NCBI GenBank assembly: GCA_036172245.1
Contig: JAYWIR010000025.1
Span: 248,001-312,000 of the forward strand
Direction: 5' to 3'
DNA length: 64,000 nucleotides
From: Raillietiella orientalis
Lineage: Eukaryota
A model generated the notes under the pieces. It was not told where the DNA came from. It saw only the letters and a list, made by a program, of their open reading frames with translations, and did not search any database. Both the position numbers and the translations under genes were made by a program. Within the stretch, counting starts at the first letter, position 1; each line of letters begins with the position of its first letter. Shown one piece after another: positions 24,200-37,800 of the stretch.

Positions 24200-25250
24200 C
24201 TAACATCAAAGCCCTGTGTTTTCTTCCGAAAGCTGTGGGCATGACTTCCGCTCGAGAAAAAAATCAAGTCGAATCCAGGTGCTCCGTGCCAGATGACCAG
24301 AGAATTTGGCTACGTGTGCTTTAGTCATCGTTTCCATGTCTGGACGCGCCGAATCACAGTCAGAAGTCGCAGTGAAAGCTTCCAGACTTCGAAGTTCAGG
24401 TAAGGTTCCAGCTTGATCACTTAGCAGATTCTCAAGAAGATAATCCAGAGATTCCCTGGAAGAAGAAAAACATGGCGTGCCTTCTTGTAACTCCCAAGAG
24501 AACGAAACTGATGGATCATGTCTGCACAATCATTATAATGCACAATGAACGAAAAAAATGAGATGAACGCATGACGAGATGTGAAGGAATACGGCATTGC
24601 TTCTTGGATTTCTGAGCTGCCAAAATCAATCACCTTTTTCCCGAAACAGTTTATAAGCGACGGCTTCATTTTCCAAGTGGAGCTCGCGCAAGATTTACTT
24701 GTAGAGAATTACGCAGCCAGGATACGAGAGAAACTGAGTGCGGAGAGTGTCCATTCGCGAGTTCGCATCTCTGCTACTCGCTTCCTACTTACTAGGCAAA
24801 CTGATCAAGGAGCAGTTGCTTAGTAAAGGTTTCGGAAATTCGCGTAGGAGACGACAGTCTCTGAGCACTCCATCAAGAAATTAAGTTCAAAGCTCCCAGA
24901 AAAGGGGCTTTCCTTTTCAAACGATTGAAGAAAAGAGAGTGGATTCCGTACGAGTGAAGACGTACAGAAATGCTTGAGCAGTCGGATGGCAAGCAGTTTT
25001 ATGCTTAGAAGGATGGCTGCTGATGAAGACGTCATCTGCTACATTCTTGGCGCAGTACCTTTTTCCTGGTCATGGAAATCATAAAATTGCAAATCTGAGG
25101 GTTAGAGTGAAGCTGGTGAAGACCGAGCTTCCCCTTTTCCAGCTGCACACCGGTGATTTTGGGCGTATGAAAGGGAATGTGTACGAGGTATGAAGAAAGT
25201 TGGAATATTGCCGCAAGAGAAGGAGACGTCTGCAAAAATGAAAGGCTACT
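24200..25250 (-). mobile_element. RFE fragment, N-half
   Basis: YLVHIPFHTP, ILLSIKLLAIRLL and DMIHQFRSLGSYKK..IIFLRI occur in family block order. Confidence 0.35.
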
Positions 25251-25949
25251 CAAGTGTTAACGACACAGTCAGTGTGACCGTTGTTTCCAGGTAGCGCGAC
25301 TTCTCTTGATGTGGCCATAGATAGACAGTTCGTTGTCTAAAAGCATCGAAAATTCCACTTTCAGGTGTAACAAAAGTCATTGTCAACTTGGAAGAAAGGA
25401 TGGTGTCCCTCGCGTACTCTGTGCATTAATTGATTTTTGTGCGGCACGCAACGTTTCGCAGCCCGAATCAGCATTTTTCTCATCGTATTTCCGTGCGCAT
25501 TCTTCAGCTGGGATCAGATAACCAGAGGCAACGTGCCGAAGGTGGCTCGCTCAATTTCTGATCCAACAGCCAACCACTCCTTCAGGCTCCTTGGACCTTC
25601 ACACGAAACCATGCCGAGAGCCCTCAACAGCAAATCTCGAAACAAGGAGGAGGGAAGGCATGAAGTCCGTTGGAGGTTTCCACGTGAGTGAAATGCAAAT
25701 CTTTTTCCTTGTCATATTAATGACAGACAAATCACTCGTTCGATTCATCATGGGTTGTCTTCTGAGGAAGCGCGACCGACATGGGAAAACTTTTTTTTCT
25801 TCTTTTTTTTTTATTGGTAGCAGATGATTTCTCTAATCGCTGTTACCAATGATGAGAACATGAACCATTAACAAAGACTCCGACCAGGTCAATAAACTGT
25901 AGAAAAGAAGCTCATAGTTGTGGGAAGCATTAGAGAGTCACTTGCATCC

Positions 25950-26420
25950 TTGGATTTAAAGCATCTGAAGGCACTCCGAAACGACAGACTTCACATGGCT
26001 CTTGCAGCACTGGTCTTTTATATTCCGACTGCCGCAGTCGCAAATCACGTGATCTCTACCGGAAAGACTCTGCCTGGATGGTCTGAAGACTCGGCTACTA
26101 ATGCGTAGCGGAATCCTCAGGAGCCACCCTTTGAACTCGGAATCTCTGTGGCTGACACTCGGTGGAAACGTCGACGAGACCATCTCGTTCTTGGTAGCTG
26201 GAGCTAAAGTGTTGGTCCGAGATCACAAGAACAATCAACGCCCTTTAGCTTGGGTACAAGAGCATAGTTTCCCAGGGGCTAAAGGATGGTGGCCGCGAGA
26301 TGCAGACTCGGTTGCAGATCCTTCGGAAACGGGAAGCGATCCCCGTGAACCGCTCAGTGCCGAGATGAACAAAATCGAACAGGGGCTGCCATGCAAGCCC
26401 CCAGCTCATCTCTGTTAGCA
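25950..26420 (+). mobile_element. RFE fragment, C-half
   Basis: SGILRSHPLNSESLW..ETISFLVAGAKVL aligns with SGIVHPPTHLAAALSSLW..WEFSCTVAGKTML. Confidence 0.4.
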
Positions 26421-27229
26421 CTGATAGTTGCTTTCCATTTTCCTCCCCCTCTCTGAGGAAAACCTTCTGGGAAGAGTCTGTCAGCTACATCTTCGCCATC
26501 AGCATTGGCACCATCAGCTCAAGAGCGCTGAGTTGCGAGCAAGTTCGATATTGGCTGCAGTGCAGAAGCAAGGTGTCGGAGGTTGTCGGCAAAGGATTTG
26601 CGGACTCCTCTATGTGTGATCATCATAAAAACGTAAAGCAGGAGATAGTGCTTAAAGAGGAGCTTCGGGGAGCTTCAGAGAGGGATCCATGGCTATGGTC
26701 TGTGGTTCATGACGACAACCGGTCACGGAACGAAGCTGCAACAGACTGCTGATTTTTAAAGGAAGACTACCATTCAAGACTGCCTACTTGATGGCTCTTC
26801 TCTCAGGACACCGGGATAGCAATTTTCATTCTTACTATTAGCAGACTCATCCCTTATGTGGGTAACTACAGCAGTCGATTTTCGTTCCGAATGGGCACAA
26901 GCACTTACTTCTCCCGCTTCATCCGAATGTCTTTTTCCTACAACACAATGAATAACGACGGAGTGCCAACCTTTGGCTAAGTTTTATCTACCTGCATCAT
27001 TTTTAGGAGCCGGAATTCTGCAGCTTGACGTGCTTTGTTTTCTTTTAGACTATATAGAGATCCTCTTAGAATATTGTCACCAGATTTGCCCCGAAAGAAG
27101 CTACTCGCTCTTGACCCCTTTCTCTGTGACGAGAAATGTGGTAGGACAAAGTTATCTGACCGGAATGCTGGTACCAACCTTCAACTTCTTCATCTGCTTC
27201 CATTCTAAAAGAGTGATCAAACTGCCTTC

Positions 27230-28600
27230 AGAAGGCTGAAATAGCTCTTGACTCGTCTTGGGATTGCAGATCCGTCTTGCCAGAGGTGACTGCCATTTGA
27301 AACGGTTTCGTTGACCCTTTTCCCGCCCCTAGTTTTTTGTTTGTCCACCCCTGTATGCAGCCAAGATCCGGGCTCAATGTCTGCTGAGGAACGCTTTCTG
27401 GAGAACCTGCGAGATGGACCAGTATTCGCCTGAATGACTCGGCGGCAGCGCGTAAAGATGCTGTCCCGGGCATCCTGATACTGGAAAAAATCCTACTGCA
27501 AGTGGAGTTACGAATGCTGGCACTGTGTGCCAAGTTCTAGGCATCCCATGGTGAGCATTTGCGCGCCTCACCCTTCCGGGATGCTCTAGCAGCGAAAGAC
27601 TTCTATCGTTGCTGCCACACTTCCGTTAGAGGATGCACTTCCGTTACGTGAGGATCTGGCATCCCACTGATACAACTTGCCTCGCTGTTGGAAGCTCAAC
27701 GATGAATCTCTTGTTGCCCGATAAACTTTGATGCCTGGCGGCAGGAAGTGTCCTGGGCTGTGCACCAGGGGATGTGCCCGGAGCCACCTCCTCAGTCATC
27801 CTATGGAAACAGTGATGCAGAAATCGACGAAGTAGTCGACCCTGACCACCAACGCTCCTTGCCGCAGTGCTGTCTGCCTTGTGGGCAAGCGACAACAGTT
27901 GCCTACTGGAGGGATGAGAGTTCTCCTGCACCGTTGCGGGAAAGACCATGCTCCTGGACGTCTGGTAAACGCACGAGATGGCGGACGACGCCTCTCCACG
28001 TACCCAGGCAAAGGGACTGCTTCGATGGAGCGACCTCCGTGGCTCTGCATCCAAAGAACTTGTTGTCTCTTCTGTGTGCTGGAACACGCCGTTGTTTCCC
28101 ATTATCTGGAAGCGCGAGATGGTGCCATTTCTGCACCAGCGTTTCCGGCGCAATCGGCGCCGGCACCTCGTCTCCAGGAAAGCTGCATCCCAGAACTGTT
28201 CCAGTGCGTGTCAGTGAATCGATTCCGCATCTGCTTTTGGGCTGCGGTACCCCCTGCGAACTGTGGCGAAGGCTGTCTTCATTGCTCCTGCATCAGGAAG
28301 ACGCTGTCATCGAGAGCGGACTCTCGACAAGCCCGCGAACGCAAAGACGTGCCGTATCCGGGCTATCGTCACGTTCCTCCACGTCTTGCAGACTCAAGGC
28401 AGCGAAGGAAAGTCACCCTCATGGCAGCTGCTTACATGGAGATAGCTGCTTGGTGGCTCCACCTGCAAGAGGAAGTCAGAACTGAGATCGCCGTCATCCT
28501 GTACCGATCCTAGTAGGAAGGGACGTGCAACATCAAAGATCCTTTCCCCTCCCCTCCCCCCTTCTATCCCCCTGTGTTCTTTTATTCATTCATCATCTCT
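27230..28600 (+). mobile_element. RFE copy with inverted inner segment (27230-27570 minus; ~27585-28600 plus)
   Basis: Plus part: PLIQLASLLEAQR*ISCCPINFDAWRQ, LAAVLSALWASDNSCLLEG*EFSCTVAG, QRRKVTLMAAAYMEIAAWWLHLQEE; minus part matches 12960-13260 at nucleotide and protein level. Confidence 0.75.
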
Positions 28601-29049
28601 CCCCCCCTTTTCGTACACTTCCAGAGTGGCTGACTTGCGTGTCGAAGGCGCTCTCTCCCCTTGAACTTTGTTTTTGGTTTTCCGTTGGGACTGCGTTTCC
28701 AGCTTGCTTCACTCCCTGGTGTGATCCGGCAATAAATTCCAGGAAGCCACCATCGAATTCCCTTCTCTGAGAGTGATGCTGGTCTTATTCTTTTTCTTTG
28801 AAGGGAGCAGGAAACTTTCGTGCATGCTCAACCACTTCTCTGGGAGCCAACGATATTGTAGTAAAAAGATAGCAGCTTTTTCTTATTCGTGGAAGGCAGC
28901 GTGAACATGTACGAGTTTCCTTAGCAGGCTATCCTTCCTCTAAGGATGAAACCTCCGTCACTTCGGCGGAAGAAAATTGCCTATCTTTCTAGATGCGTCA
29001 CTCGATTAGAGTCCGGAAATAGGTGGGATCAAAGATGCATCTGCGTCAA

Positions 29050-30800
29050 TCAACCTCAGATCCACCGAATGCATGCTGGTTCGGTTTCAGAAAAATCCAG
29101 TAGGATTCCTGTTCGCGCTTCCCGTTTCGCCTGTTTTTTCCTGCCTCTATTCCTGGACAGTCAGCTGGGAGCGCGTTCCAGGAACGCACCTCCCGCTTCC
29201 TGGAAAACGCAGTTACGAAGTCAGTGTTTCCAAAGAAACGTTCGTCATTTTCCAAGAGGGAGCCCATTAGGCCGAGCGTCCTGCTCCAACTTTCCACTTC
29301 CTCATTCCCCGCATCCTCCATGGAGCAGATGCCGTTGGGAATTCGACCACCTATCAGACCCATGCCATCAAGGAGAAAGTTGTTGCTAGTGTCATTTGAA
29401 ACAGAAAGGAACATTGACAAAGCCCTGCGGGAAAATTTTGGCATGGCTGAGATGAGAAAAGAAGCTCTCATCGTCGGGAATCTGGCCCCATCTCAGTCTG
29501 AGGAGGCCGGAAGCCAGCAGTTTCTCGGTAACTGTTTTGGACAATCGGGGATTTCTCAGGAGGAGCTGCAAGTGTCCTGGCACATGGATTCGATGAAAGC
29601 ATTTGGTTCCCAGTCAAGAATTCGCATCTGTCACACTGCATAGGACGACTTGTGACTGGACCAAAATGTGAATATCAAATACCTTTATGCGCATATTGCG
29701 ATCATGATTTTGAAATACGATGGCGCATCAGGGAATTCATCTTCAAGAAGGTACTTGGATCAGGAATTTCAGGGATGATGGATTCTCAGTAACAGGATTT
29801 CAGAGCAGATTCTCGTGAAAAGGGTTCCAAGCGTGGTAGTGTGAGCAAAGGAGGAGATTCTTGGAAGATTCGCAGATACACCATTCAGCATGCGAAGTCG
29901 CAGAAACTTGGAACACCATTTGAGGAGACCCTTCAATGAAATATGCGGGGCTGCAAAGCGTCAACTAAACCAAATTCGGTTTCAGGAACACTTTGACTCC
30001 TTACTGGAATGCAATCGACATTGACAAAGTCTCACAGTCATCAAATTTGTGTTACGAAGATGCGGATACTCTCTGCCCAAATCCCATCGGTTGTAGAAAC
30101 GACGAAAATGAAGCAAGATAGGAGTAAAAGAAGAAAAAAAAATAGGAGGAGCATCTTCCAATTTTTTTTCGTTTTACTTGAGGGCATAACTCTCCCCATT
30201 TTCCACTCACTCATCGTCTTCTCGACATAACAAAGCTGGATCCTACAGCAGCGGTCATTTCAAGTCACAAACGTAGGTAGCCAGTTTGTGCATCTTGTTA
30301 CACCTACCTCTCAGAGAAAACAGCCCCAGTGAGAATGGAAAAGCTTGCCTGCGCCCCCAAAATCTCCAGGAAACCTCTAGGCAGAACGTCAAAGACGGGT
30401 TTCACCCTACCTTTAGGAAACATAACGAGCAAAGGAACGATTAGAACGTTTAAACTCATGTTGCACGCATGTAACTGATTGTGAAGGGAACACGTGAGCA
30501 GCTGGATTTGGCAATTCTTGACAGCACCTTCATGATTCATCAACCAGTTAGACGCAAATTCTGCTAAAGAATAACAGCTCTCGGCAAATTAAAATGGCAG
30601 AATGGGACGCAAGGATATCCAGCACGAATAAGTGGGCGCAGAGACATGGCAACTGCCGTAAGAGCTGCAGATGGACCAAAATGGGGAAGGGAAATTTACT
30701 CCAGATGGAAAAAGATACACCTTGCAGGTAGCAAGGCGCTTTTACAATCAAGCGAATTGTGCGGCGGCTCAAGAACATCAAGAGCTCATCTGCTTATTCA
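29050..30800 (+). mobile_element. Decayed Penelope-like retroelement (RT, possible GIY-YIG remnant)
   Basis: Frameshifted motifs in the order expected for PLE RT: RIPVR..FLDSQL, LLVSFE..NID..GM, G.LVTGPK..YAHIA..DFE, W.RNFRDDGF; weaker RPQNL..GFHP and VARRF downstream. Confidence 0.45.
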
Positions 30801-32036
30801 CATCAGATTTGATCCTGGCTAAGAAATATAGGATTCTTCGCCTTTACTCTTCGATTGGAAGGAAGCAAAAAAAAAAAAAAGAAAGAAAGAAACGAGCAAA
30901 AATATCGAAATTTTTTCAAAAAACGCAGCAATGATTTTCTAATCGAGAATTAGTTAGGGGTTCAGCTGCTGGAGACTGCAGCATACACAATGGAAACGGT
31001 GAGGACGCAGTAATGTAACCAGGACTCGTTGATGAAAACTAAAAGCAATGGCAGGAAAATACAATGCATTCACCATATTGGAAGACACGTAGAGACAAGA
31101 GTGATGCTTTAAAATCACTTATTACGTCAGGCACAATCCCTTAACTCGGGGCCTTTTTGAAAAACATCGAGAATTTCGTGGCCTCAAATCCGGTTTCCAG
31201 AGAACGTCTTCCCCGGACGTGATAAATGGAACCACAAGTTTCTGTCTATACGCACAGATTCGGCAACACGGAAAATGAAAAATTCCCCCTAATCGCCGTG
31301 AATTATGAAATGAAGTGACATCCTGTGTGATTCACAGTATTAAGTAATTGGAATTAACAAACGTGCTTTCATACCGTGCATTTTCTAAAAGACTGTGTGA
31401 TCAACTTAAGAGCTCACTTTGTGATGATCTGTTGAAAAATCGCTCACGAGCTCGATCGTGTCTCTATTGATTTTGCTGCGTATAATGATAGATTTTCTCA
31501 TTTCCCTAAAGTTCATTATCTTTCTGACACAAGATGAACAATATTTCTCCAGGTTTCCTTGTCTTCTGCTTCTGTTTGATTCATGAAGCTCAAGAGGGGG
31601 GAATCTAACCATAAATCATGAGCTATTTTAAAAATGAACACTCTTAATTCAAACAAATATTTTTTCGTTCAACAGAAGCATTCATTATTCGAGATTTCCA
31701 AAAGTAATGACTCTCCACGGAGAATGAAGTTCCTCGTGATTTATATTGATGTGCTATTATGAATCAGTTATGTACTACAGCATCACGGGAAAACTGTCCG
31801 CCATCCATAAGCTGCTGCAGATGCATTTGGTTCTGTCTCCAGCGTGTGGATACAGTCATGCCAAAGCGCTGCTTCCAAGTTGTTAGACTTAGTTAGACAT
31901 ATAACCTGGGGCACTTTTTGACCTTAACATCTAGAGATTTCCATGAAAATGCTACAGTGGTTCGCAGAACGAGGCCATCTGTGAGGTCGTAGCGAGTAAA
32001 ACAGAGTAGTAATTGCAGTAAACACAGTCCTGAGTA

Positions 32037-33059
32037 ATCCTTCGGATGGAACCCCTCTTCCCTTGTGGAGTCCGTTCCTCTCACGTCTGGGGAGGGATCT
32101 TAGGAACGAGGCGAATGGAGATCTGCCAAGCGCGCATTCGTAACGCCCTCCTCATCCCAGCCGATGCGGACATCGAGGCTCTTCCCTGAGCAACTCTGAT
32201 GATGGACGGGTGACATTTCCGAACGGCTTTCGGTGCAGCGAGTGGAGGAAAGAGGCGAAACCTCTTCCCCTCCAGGGGCATCCTCGGACGGAGAAGAGCG
32301 AAGTTCGTGCGGAGAGCTGATCTCGAAAGAGGCCGTCTGTCTGGAAAGCGCCACGGGAGCCGGCTGAACGGAGGGATTTCGCTTCCCAGAAGAGCGCCTC
32401 CCAACTCCGAACGAAGAGGGTGCTCAGAGATAGATGGGGCTCTGCCCTTCCCCATCCTCGACACCTACCATCCTACCGGTCTTCCCAGAAGAGCACACGA
32501 AGCACATCGTCGAGTCCTGCTACATCTGGGTCACTCTCCGGGTGGGCGCACCGCCGATCACGGGGCACGTGCGTTTGCACACCTTCAGCGAGCGAACGCT
32601 GCTGCACTCCATTCGTCTCGTCACGCGGGAAAAGAAAAGAAAAGCAACGCTCATGGTGGAGGGGAGCTACCACCATGGGCACTGTTCCCACGCACACTTG
32701 GCTGCACCCCTGGGCACGGGTGTTGCCTGCGCGTTCAGCACGCTTGCGTTCTCGGTCAGCGCTGGCTGGGGTAGGCGTGCATCGTGCCAGCCGGTCCATG
32801 TGGGTGGCGGAAGAGCGCACGGTCTCCAAGAGACGCGATTCTCCCGCGCAGCATGAGAGTTTCCTTTGCTGGGGAAAACGCGTTTGTGAGCGCCCCACGA
32901 TTTTCTGAGATCGAACGTTGGATCCTGGAAGGGTGTCTTGCGGGCACGGGAGCGTTCCCCTCCTGCTAAGTAAATGACGGAGAACCTCTCGGCTCGTGGT
33001 TCGCCCGGGGGTCACGGATGAGAGGTTGAACTTTCCGACGGTTCCCTTCCGAAGGGTGT
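32037..33059 (+). repeat. 1023-bp inverted duplicate of 39985-41007 (RFE N-half piece)
   Basis: Mirrored ORF sets (coordinate sum 73044); one substitution noticed (32207 C vs 40837 A, SPVHH/SPIHH). Confidence 0.97.
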
Positions 33060-34299
33060 TCGTAGGAAGGAGGGCATCTGTAAGGTTGCAGCAAGTAAAA
33101 CAGAGTATCAAATTCAAGTAAAAGCCTGTAACCAATGTGTTGACAAAAAGTGATGACAAAAAGGTTTTCTTTTCTAAATTTAGCCAGTGCACATGAAACC
33201 AAGAACTTTTTTTTTCTTTTTTGCAGATGACGCCATTCTACCCGTTTAGAGTAGGTTGTATGTCAACTTTTAGATTATTACACCATTCCATTTACATCGA
33301 TTCCTTTATTTGTTGGCACTCAAATCCGATAATAATAGATGGCTTAGATTTCGTAAGGAAGAAATTCGAAGAAATTTTCTCACTTTCTCCCCAGCTAGTC
33401 ACAGACGTGAAAGCTGTGTAGATTTTCTATCCACTGGACCACTTTGGTTTGCCCGAGGCTGCATCAAACTTCTCACATCTTTCCCGAGATGAAAAACAGT
33501 TGGTAATTGGTAATTCTTGTGCAGCAGTTTGCCATTATGATTCCGTTTCCGTTGCAGGTAGGCATATCATGTGAGTTCGCTGATAACTCCTTTGTTCATC
33601 TGCAACGAGATGTTGGTTGACGTCAGCATCTGCTGCTGCTCTGCAAAGCTACACTTTCCCATCTTTTGCGGATTCCTGACTCTTGTGCCTACTCCTCGGC
33701 CGGCAAGAAGTCGTGCGGCAGCCTTCTGATCTGCGAGGCATTTTCGCTGTCAACGCCGAAAGTTAGTAATCATGTCCGATGACTCCCTGAGTGTTCGGTC
33801 CTCGAAATCGGATCCCGAGGCTTAGAGATCTCACATCGTGAGAGAAAGAGGGAAAAGGAAAAATAAAGTATCAGTTCATTGATAAGAAGGGACAGACTGA
33901 CGGTGCACCGTCTCTTCTTGTATGACTGGTGCATTATAGCTCATCTTAGTATTGGGTAGTGCATTGGAAAACAAACAAATGTCACTTATGACATCAAGAG
34001 ATGACTACCAGAATCATCATTTTTGACCCTTGTAGCGTGTATTCTTGAATTTTAGCATTTGTTTTTTATATATCCAGGATGAGGATGGTGGCTCCTGAAC
34101 AATACTCCATCCAGCAGAAGGTGGTAACGGACTGCTGCCACAATTTCTCATCATGGCAAGATCACTGATGGTCTGAACTGGTGTTTAATCAGAATCACTG
34201 TTGCTGCATTCTCACTAGCGTTTCTTTCTTTGATCTAATATGGGACGAAGGATCCAGTCACTTCACTGAGAAGAAGTGGAATGCCGGCAGGCGTAGATG

Positions 34300-35820
34300 A
34301 CAGAAAACCTAATGAGAACCAGAGTGTACCAGAAGAGCGATGCAGCCACGCTTTGTCGATCTGTTCGTTCTGTTCGGTCATTGAGCGCAGGTTTCGAGTT
34401 GCAGTGATTCATTGTGAATTCGCAGTTCTCGGAAATCAGCATCAAGATGTGCTCAGATTTTCCGAAAGTGCGGAGCTCTCTGTGGCTCCGATTCCCTTCC
34501 TGTGTTTGAATCGGCGCGACATAGTGGGCTGCTGACACAGTCAGAGACGCAGATTCTTTGTTTTCCGCAAAACACTTCCAAGTCGAAGCCTTGGAGAAGA
34601 CACGTGTACAAAACGATTTCTGGCACTCTGAAGCTGTGCTTAAGCTGGTGGTAATCTATCTACAGGTCCTCGTGTCTTATTCCGTACGAAAATGCTCAGC
34701 ATGAAGTAGGTGGTCACAAATGGAAAGAGAATTGGGAAGCTGAGCATTGAACTCTTTTGGTTCCTGTCTTATCCAGTGCCAAAAGCACTCGACCGAAGGG
34801 CAGATTGACGTGATGCGGGTGCACAACGAGAATTTTTCTCGAAATCTCTTTCGTTCCTGATACCAGCGCTTGGATGAAAACACAACTCTCTCGTGCTACT
34901 GCCACGGTCACTGATTTCTCACAGAGCTTTATCGTCCTGGCTGTTCTTATTACGCACGGTTCATCCTCCATTATCCTGGGTTTCACCCTTACTTGTCTGG
35001 AATTCTGTCTTTGACAAAGCTGTACGCATCTCCAGACCACCAACCCTACTCCTGGATGTTCTCACGTGGACGGAATTCGTCGCAGTTCTTTTAGTGGACC
35101 CGCTGAGTACAAAGCTGGAAAGGAGTGAAAGGATGCGGTGAAACCCTGGCACAAGAAGCCCTGAGTGGAGTTTCCTTGATGCCTTTCGAGATAATTACAT
35201 GGATTTTTCGGTCTTACATAGTCTCCTATTTTCAATTGAGAAAGCCTCTGCTTTCTTAAAGGAATCCACGAGGTTTATTATAAAGAGAACCATGAAAGCT
35301 CAATCATGATGGAAAAAACAAGTTTTTTTCTTCTGAGTGTCTTTCCACACACTGTCTAGAGAGGAGAACCGATAAGCCTTGATCAAAGGAAGCCACTTAA
35401 CTGGCTCAAGAGACACTCTGATTCGTGACATCCTCATTTGATGGGAAGTCTTTTGCTTCGGATGGCACCTATGGCTGTTCCTCTGGAATACGGTGAATTC
35501 GGACGTGAGATAAGACTTCACAATCAAACCAGCTGCATCATCAGCGAAGAATGAGAGAAATGGACTGGACTTGTCATACATGCACATGCTTCTGGAATCA
35601 TGCACGGTGTTGATGAATTGCGGCAATGCTGAACTGATATGCATTCGTTGCAGTTTCCTTTTTGTCCAAGCAGTGTTCCACAACCAATTTTTTTTGAAAT
35701 TCCCAAAGTAGCCCAAAGTAGAGCAACATCTGGATAGAGAGTTCGTCCATCAGGCTCCTTGGTATAATGCACTTCTGGAGACGACTTTCTAGAACGAAAC
35801 ACTGATTTACTCCTCAATGG
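34300..35820 (-). mobile_element. Two RFE N-terminal fragments (~34300-35050 and ~35300-35820)
   Basis: LPFGRVLLALD aligns with DFYGRVLKALE; HCRNSSTPCMI aligns with HRIPSNSTPCPV. Confidence 0.3.
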
Positions 35821-35939
35821 TTTCCTTCGTGTTCCAAGAAAGCTTCCCCTTAAAATTCAGACTATTCACACTTTCAAAAACTCACTACTAATCTAGTTCT
35901 AATGTCGGAAGAATAGAAAACATTGACAATATCCCGCGG

Positions 35940-36200
35940 ATGCGGCGAAGAGCTGCTGGGGCTGGAGCTGGCTGCAGGGCATCCCGCACGAAAAGGAGCC
36001 CTAAAACGGCCCTGGAGATGCCAACCGGAGGGTCATTCAGAAACGTTCCTATAGGGGCCGGAGGGCAGCACAGTCCACAAGCAGGTGCGGGAGGGACTCC
36101 CGTTCCCCGCACCTGCGACAGTCCAGGCTCATCCGCACCTCCCAATTCCAGCGATGTCGACGTGCATTGCAAGGAAGACCCCAGTGCAACAGCAGAAGTG
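35940..36200 (+). mobile_element. RFE fragment, N-half (GC-rich island)
   Basis: EELLG..VREGLPFPAPATVQAHPHLP aligns with KELLG and IDGALPFPILDTYHPT. Confidence 0.35.
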
Positions 36201-37399
36201 CTGACTCCCTACTAGAGTAGACTATTCTCATAATACTTACTGATATCTATCTCATTGTCCACACTGACGTGTGATTTCGTTTGCAATCATTTTAGTATTC
36301 GTTTCTTCATCATCACTACTAGTGGTAGACTTTCACAAGTCTGCAGTTATTGATAACAGAATTTCTGATTATTTCCTCAAACTTAACCATCTGGAGGGGA
36401 TCCGAATGGAATTTAAAATTTCGTTCTCATCTTCAGCAGGTGTCCAATGAATACGAAAATTACCAATTATATTGAAGATGATATTTGTTCTATATTCTTG
36501 GCTCAGAAGAAACATGTAGTCAGCTCATGCTTGAGGCAAGACCTGTCCTTTGCTGTAAAGGGTTTCAAATTAAGGATTATTCTGAACCCTTTTTGAGCTA
36601 CTCGATTGCCTATGAAGTTTAGAATGTTTTCACACCAAGCACTAGAAATCTCTCGCTCTCTTCTCAGAATATTTATTTAATTTCTTCAAGAAGCATCTAC
36701 AATGCTTAATGCTTTGGGAGAGGAAGCTCTGATTAATCTTCAAGCTTGTCTTGGCTCTATTTCCTTCCTTGACTAGAGGTGGATTGTGTGAATTTGCCTC
36801 TCACCGCCATAGTTCTGCCTTTCGGCTTCCTCTGGCCGGAAGCGCTCATCAGGAAATGCCATTCTACTCTAATTCACATCTTTCACACCCCCGTAATGAT
36901 TCGGGTATTTCAGTCGTGATCTGTAGATCTCCTTCTTTGATAATTTCACCTGCATAGGACTTTGCTTTCAAATTTCATCAAAATCATCTTTCGAGAGATT
37001 GGTATCTCTTCTATTTCGTTGATTTTTCCTGATCAAGACCCTTCAGGATACATACGGCAGAGAGAAAGGAACTGTTCATGCAAATGAAAGAACTGTTGAT
37101 GAGCCCCAGAAGAATCTGCACGTAATATAATTTGCATTTGTTGAAACAGCACGAACGGAAAGCCCACAAGAAAAGGAAATCTTAAGCCGTGGGATATTCG
37201 ATTAACTCTGCCCCCAATCATCCGAATCAGGGAGGGTTGCGAGATATCAAAAAAATTTTGAGGATGTACTCTTCTAGAAAGGAACCACCAATTATAATGC
37301 AACTATCAATCCAAAATAAGTGTTTTTTTTTTTTCCACTCTTGCAACCCGTCCTGTGAATCGCTTTCAAACTGTTTATACGTGCAGTGAATGTGCACGA

Positions 37400-37800
37400 T
37401 TTTGGTGCATGCATTTGATCTGAGAACGAGCTCATTGCTAAGTAGAACGAATTTTTTGTTGAGGGTGTCCCCACGCCAGTGTCTGAGGAATTGACGCGGA
37501 TGCAGACTCCAGACGCAGTTGGCAGTTTTCGGTCGTCCTCGGCTCCAAGGAATCTCTAAATTCTTCGGGCCACAAAGCTTTGTGGGAAATCAGGCCCACT
37601 CTGCGTAGGGAACCAGTGTTGGATGCATCCACCTTGGGAGGCGGGTATATGTATTAGTTTGGCTTGTAAGTGACAGATTAGAGAATGAAACGAAAGCACA
37701 GAAGAACTTGAAACTTGCTAGGCATTGCAAGCGAAAGCTTGAGAAAGAGGCCATGGTGAATGGCAGGCAACCCTCCTTTGATTGCAACAGATAACGATGT
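37400..37800 (-). mobile_element. RFE fragment, N-half
   Basis: WMHPTLVP and KALWPEEFRDS align with TYHPT..P and ATLWEETLCS. Confidence 0.35.

Noticed and set aside
13565..32210. Hammerhead ribozyme cores at CTGATGA sites (13571, 14108, 15925, ~25020, 32196)
   Set aside because: Could not build stem II plus GAAA and stems I/III by eye; needs a covariance-model search
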